From Fluviicoccus sp. (GTDB lineage Bacteria; Pseudomonadota; Gammaproteobacteria; Pseudomonadales; Moraxellaceae), in NCBI GenBank assembly GCA_036273075.1, contig DASUIL010000208.1, positions 1 to 34,336 on the forward strand: a stretch of 34,336 nt of DNA, written 5' to 3'. Shown piece after piece: positions 31,115 to 34,336 of this stretch. Position 1 is the stretch's first letter, and each line of letters opens with the position of its first letter. The notes beneath the pieces were generated by a model. That model worked only from the letters and a program-made list of their open reading frames with translations, made no database searches and had not been told where the DNA came from. The position numbers were made by a program, and so were the translations under genes.

Positions 31115-32522
31115 TTTTTTTTCCGGATGAACGGGTGTGTTGTTGGTGTTCCATTCCATAGGCGATGCAGGTCAGGGCGCAAAGGATTGTCAGCAGGAAT
31201 GCATTGGCGAATACCTGAAGATTCAAATCAGTGAACGAATAAATCAGATAGGCAATGATCCCCATCATCCCCGCGAAGCCCGCACCCCGCAGTTCCGCCG
31301 TATGCCGATGATATTGCGCAATGACGGCGGCGCGAAGTGTCAGAAATGTAATCATGCCGAACAGGATAAGGCCGGGTAATCCGTATTCAATCCCGGTTTG
31401 CAGATAGTCGTTGTGCGCGTCCGAGTAGTTAAGAAAAATCCGGTTGGACTTGTAGGCGTCAAACACGCTGTTGAACGTTCCCCCGCCTGTTCCGAATGGC
31501 ATGGCGTCACGGATCAGCACCATTGCGGCTTCGTAGACATAGGGGCGCTCTTCCCTTTCAAGATTGGTTGCTTCAAGTCTTTCGGCCAGTTGTTCAAGCC
31601 CGATGTAAGAGCCGAGTATCAGGAAATCAAGGGCTATCATGCTGGCGAACAGGAAGAAGAGGCTTGAGCGTTGCCGGTTCTTGCGGAAGATGTACAGTCC
31701 GATAACAGCCGAAATGCCCAAACTGGCAAAAAATGCCGTATTACCCATGCGTGAGCGGCTCAGGATTAAGGCGGCAACCATCAGGGCCAGGAAAATTCGA
31801 AGCCTGGCCTTGCCGCTCATCATGGTCTGCAGGAGCCGGCGTAGAACTGCGCGCCACCCTTTATAGGGATCACGCGTCTTCAAGATATTGGCAATAATCA
31901 GCCCGATAGCAGTTGCCATGGAAATGATAAGCAAGCCGGCGAAATTATTCCGGCTGACGAAGGTTCCGGTTGCACAGCATGGGTGTGTCGAATGATCCAG
32001 TATATGAAAAATATCGAATTCAGCCCCTCCCAAGACAACCAGCATGCCATAGCAAGCCTGGATAACCCCACTGATGACAATCGCCTCCATGCAAGATTCA
32101 ATTTTGCTTGGCGAGTTAACGATGCCCGGCAAAAAAGTGAAAAGCATGGCAAGCGCAAGACTTTTCTGAAGTTGCAGTAGGGTGGCGCCAACATCCGCAG
32201 TCATGGGAGTCCAGTCATAAGATGCCATTGGCAGTCTTGAGGCATGACCAAGCGCGCTATGCAGATTGGAGGGGAGCGGTATAAGTTGTAAAAGCGTATA
32301 CGCAGGAATCATCCAGAAAAGTGCAACAATCCAACGGTTCTTGCGGAGAACATGATGGACTGCGGTACGGTTGTTTTGCTTATCGCCTGTGAGCAGCCAA
32401 AGCGAAAAAATGATGGCGATACATGTTTCCAGAAAGCCCGCCGGCCAGGGCCTGCTGCTTCCAAGAGGCAAGGGAGCCCAAACAATCAGGAAAGCCAGAA
32501 AGTAGAAAAGTACTTTTTCCAT
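31101..32522 (-). CDS. O-antigen ligase / Wzy_C family membrane protein (possible O-oligosaccharyltransferase or polymerase)
   Basis: 473 aa polytopic membrane protein; WAPLPLGS.RPW, ATGTFVSRNNFAG, LSRSRMG, PFGTGGGTF, AHNDYLQ..EYG motifs. Confidence 0.85.
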   Translation of the reverse strand: MEKVLFYFLAFLIVWAPLPLGSSRPWPAGFLETCIAIIFSLWLLTGDKQNNRTAVHHVLRKNRWIVALFWMIPAYTLLQLIPLPSNLHSALGHASRLPMASYDWTPMTADVGATLLQLQKSLALAMLFTFLPGIVNSPSKIESCMEAIVISGVIQACYGMLVVLGGAEFDIFHILDHSTHPCCATGTFVSRNNFAGLLIISMATAIGLIIANILKTRDPYKGWRAVLRRLLQTMMSGKARLRIFLALMVAALILSRSRMGNTAFFASLGISAVIGLYIFRKNRQRSSLFFLFASMIALDFLILGSYIGLEQLAERLEATNLEREERPYVYEAAMVLIRDAMPFGTGGGTFNSVFDAYKSNRIFLNYSDAHNDYLQTGIEYGLPGLILFGMITFLTLRAAVIAQYHRHTAELRGAGFAGMMGIIAYLIYSFTDLNLQVFANAFLLTILCALTCIAYGMEHQQHTRSSGKKNEDH

Positions 32523-32550
32523 GCAGGGCTAGACGGGCAGGATTACAGAT

Positions 32551-32580
32551 AAACAAAAAGGGTCTTGCGACCCTTATTTG
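32551..32580 (-). terminator. Intrinsic terminator between the small secreted-protein gene and the ligase gene
   Basis: Minus strand AAGGGTC-GCAA-GACCCTT followed by TTTGTTT; GNRA loop; about 20 nt after the stop of the upstream gene. Confidence 0.78.
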
Positions 32581-32596
32581 CTGAAGCGATGGATTC

Positions 32597-33013
32597 TTAG
32601 CGGGAAATGTAGCCGCCGCCGCCGCCGCCACCGCCGCTGCCACCACTGCCGCTACCGAAACTACCACCGGTCAGGAGGGTAGAGGAAGGGGTCGTGGAAG
32701 AACCCGGAGTGATGGTTCCAGACGGTTGAGAGGCTTGTTGCTGCTCAGCCTTTTTCTCTGCCTTGATTTCATTCACAGCGGCAGCAACTTGAGCTTCCTT
32801 GGCCGGATCGCCTTGTACGGCGGCGCGGGCAGCCTTTTCAGCTTGCTTGACAGATTTGCACGCCTTGGACTGAACCGCTGCCTTCATGGCGTCCTTGACG
32901 GAGGAACCGGAATCGATGGCGGCCTTCACTGCAGCTTGGCAGTTGGAGGCAGCTTGGGCACCAGTGAAAGGAAGAAGAGCGATAATTGCAATTCCGAGCA
33001 GTTTGCGTTGCAT
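32597..33013 (-). CDS. Small secreted hypothetical protein (138 aa): Ala/Lys-rich body, Ser/Thr/Pro linker, poly-Gly tail
   Basis: Strong RBS AAGGAG 8 nt before ATG 33013; Sec signal MQRKLLGIAIIALLPFTGAQA; two Cys; own promoter-like and terminator elements; no family recognised. Confidence 0.82.
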   Translation of the reverse strand: MQRKLLGIAIIALLPFTGAQAASNCQAAVKAAIDSGSSVKDAMKAAVQSKACKSVKQAEKAARAAVQGDPAKEAQVAAAVNEIKAEKKAEQQQASQPSGTITPGSSTTPSSTLLTGGSFGSGSGGSGGGGGGGGYISR

Positions 33014-33055
33014 GGTATAGACTCCTTGAGAAATTACCATTTCAGGTATTGCCTT

Positions 33056-33083
33056 ATAGTAACACCTGTGACGAGGTGCGCAA
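33056..33083 (-). promoter_or_regulatory. Candidate sigma70 promoter of the small secreted-protein gene
   Basis: Minus strand TTGCGC-N16-TACTAT with TGn extension, about 42 nt upstream of the ATG. Confidence 0.45.
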
Positions 33084-33114
33084 TACCAGAATTGTTTCAA
33101 TTATCGCCTCGACA

Positions 33115-33477
33115 CTACGCTTGGTCCGTATCTTCGAGGCGACGGCACATGTCAGTCCATTTCTGAGGCTCAAACCCGGTCGCGATGACTCCGGCGCATG
33201 AAACAAGCGGCCTGCGGATCAGAGACAGGTTGTCCATGATGACGGAGTGGGCTGACGACTCCATCACTTCAGGCGTCAGACCCAGCTTGCGCCAGGTTGA
33301 ACCTTTGCAATTTACCAGTGCCTGCCAGCCGGTTTGCGCAAGCCAGTCGGACAAGAGTGCAGGATCAAGGCTTTCTTTCTTGAAATCGTGAAAACGGTAA
33401 GTGATCCCCTGCTCATCAAACCAGAAGAGGCTTTTCTTTACCGTGTCGCAATTGCGGATGCCGTAGATGGTAATCAT
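33115..33477 (-). CDS. yffB: ArsC/Spx family protein (YffB-like)
   Basis: ITIYGIRNCDTVKK, FHDFKK, LVN..GSTWRKL, LIRRP motifs; downstream of dapD. Confidence 0.85.
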   Translation of the reverse strand: MITIYGIRNCDTVKKSLFWFDEQGITYRFHDFKKESLDPALLSDWLAQTGWQALVNCKGSTWRKLGLTPEVMESSAHSVIMDNLSLIRRPLVSCAGVIATGFEPQKWTDMCRRLEDTDQA

Positions 33478-33522
33478 GGTCGATTCCGGCCCGGGAATGG
33501 AATCCCGAACCGGCCTTGTGCC

Positions 33523-34335
33523 TCAGTCCGCGCGCAGCAGTTCGTTCAGGCCGACCTTGCTGCGGGTCTGGGCGTCCACCTTCTTGACGATGATGGCGGC
33601 GTAAAGGCTGTACTTGCCGTCCTTGGAGGGCAGGTTGCCCGGCACCACTACCGAACCGGCCGGGACGCGGCCGTAGTGCACTTCGCCGGTTTCACGATCG
33701 TAAATGCGGGTGGACTGGCCGATGTAGACGCCCATCGAGATGACTGCGCCTTCCTCGACGATCACGCCTTCGACGATTTCCGAGCGTGCGCCGATGAAGC
33801 AGTTGTCTTCGATAATGGTGGGGTTGGCTTGCAGCGGCTCCAGCACGCCGCCGATGCCGACGCCGCCGGACAGGTGGACATTCTTGCCGATCTGGGCGCA
33901 GGAGCCGACGGTCGCCCAAGTATCAACCATCGAATTTTCATCAACATACGCGCCAATGTTGACGTAGGATGGCATCAGCACGACATTGCGGGCGATGAAG
34001 CTGCCGCGACGGGCGACGGCCGGAGGCACAACGCGAATGCCGGATTCCCGGAACTGGTCGGCGGTCCAGTCGGCGAACTTGGTCGGGACCTTGTCGTAGA
34101 ACTGGATGGCTTTGCCGCCGGACTGCGGAACGTTGTCATTCAGGCGGAAGGAAAGCAGCACGGCCTTCTTCAGCCACTGGTTCACGACCCACTCCCCGTT
34201 GATCTTCTCGGCAACGCGGGCCTTGCCGCTGTCCAGCAGGTTCAGGGCTTCGGCAACGGCGTTGCGCACGTCCTGCGGGGCATTCGTGGGGCTGAACTGC
34301 AGGCGGTCTTCAAAGGCCTGGGTGATCAGGTCGGC
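33523..34335 (-). CDS. dapD: Tetrahydrodipicolinate N-succinyltransferase (5'-truncated by the window edge)
   Basis: [51 protein letters not shown]; the frame stays open to the window end ([11 protein letters not shown]...). Confidence 0.97.
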   Translation of the reverse strand, partial: ADLITQAFEDRLQFSPTNAPQDVRNAVAEALNLLDSGKARVAEKINGEWVVNQWLKKAVLLSFRLNDNVPQSGGKAIQFYDKVPTKFADWTADQFRESGIRVVPPAVARRGSFIARNVVLMPSYVNIGAYVDENSMVDTWATVGSCAQIGKNVHLSGGVGIGGVLEPLQANPTIIEDNCFIGARSEIVEGVIVEEGAVISMGVYIGQSTRIYDRETGEVHYGRVPAGSVVVPGNLPSKDGKYSLYAAIIVKKVDAQTRSKVGLNELLRAD

Positions 34336-34336
34336 G

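Noticed and set aside
32610-32660. (GCC)n trinucleotide run as a CRISPR or VNTR element
   Set aside because: It simply encodes the poly-Gly tail; there are no spacers or cas genes
32597-33013. Small secreted protein as a type IV pilin, a PEP-CTERM protein or a microcin/RiPP precursor
   Set aside because: No G-FTLIE prepilin motif, no C-terminal TM or PEP motif, a normal Sec signal, and no RiPP maturase or peptidase-ABC exporter nearby
33014-33100. 29-codon upstream extension of the small-protein ORF
   Set aside because: It covers promoter-like sequence; the strong RBS and the signal peptide start at 33013

Overview
High-GC gammaproteobacterial chromosome. Gene order and protein style suggest Pseudomonadales, possibly a high-GC Moraxellaceae (inference). 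Most of the window is conserved housekeeping backbone: ppiD, fabI, a yejABEF-type peptide ABC transporter, mltD, gloB, a YafS/KerV-like methyltransferase, rnhA, dnaQ, a FimL-like protein, nudC, sohB, metH, nfuA (with a clear IscR-type operator), a ClsC-like phospholipase D, a TauE/SafE transporter divergent from cysB, a SIMPL protein, yffB and a 5'-truncated dapD. Two accessory blocks interrupt it. The first lies between sohB and metH: an amidase, a putative diiron 'metal-dependent hydrolase', an AI-2E transporter, a His-box desaturase and a solo FHA protein. The second lies between the SIMPL gene and yffB: a two-gene unit encoding a small secreted, non-pilin Ala/Lys-rich protein with a Ser/Thr/Pro linker and poly-Gly tail, followed across an intrinsic terminator by a lower-GC orphan O-antigen-ligase-family gene. 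This unit is the best candidate for an undescribed system, a dedicated O-glycosylation enzyme plus its acceptor. No rRNA, tRNA, CRISPR array or mobile element was seen. All calls are from motif recognition by eye; no database search was run.
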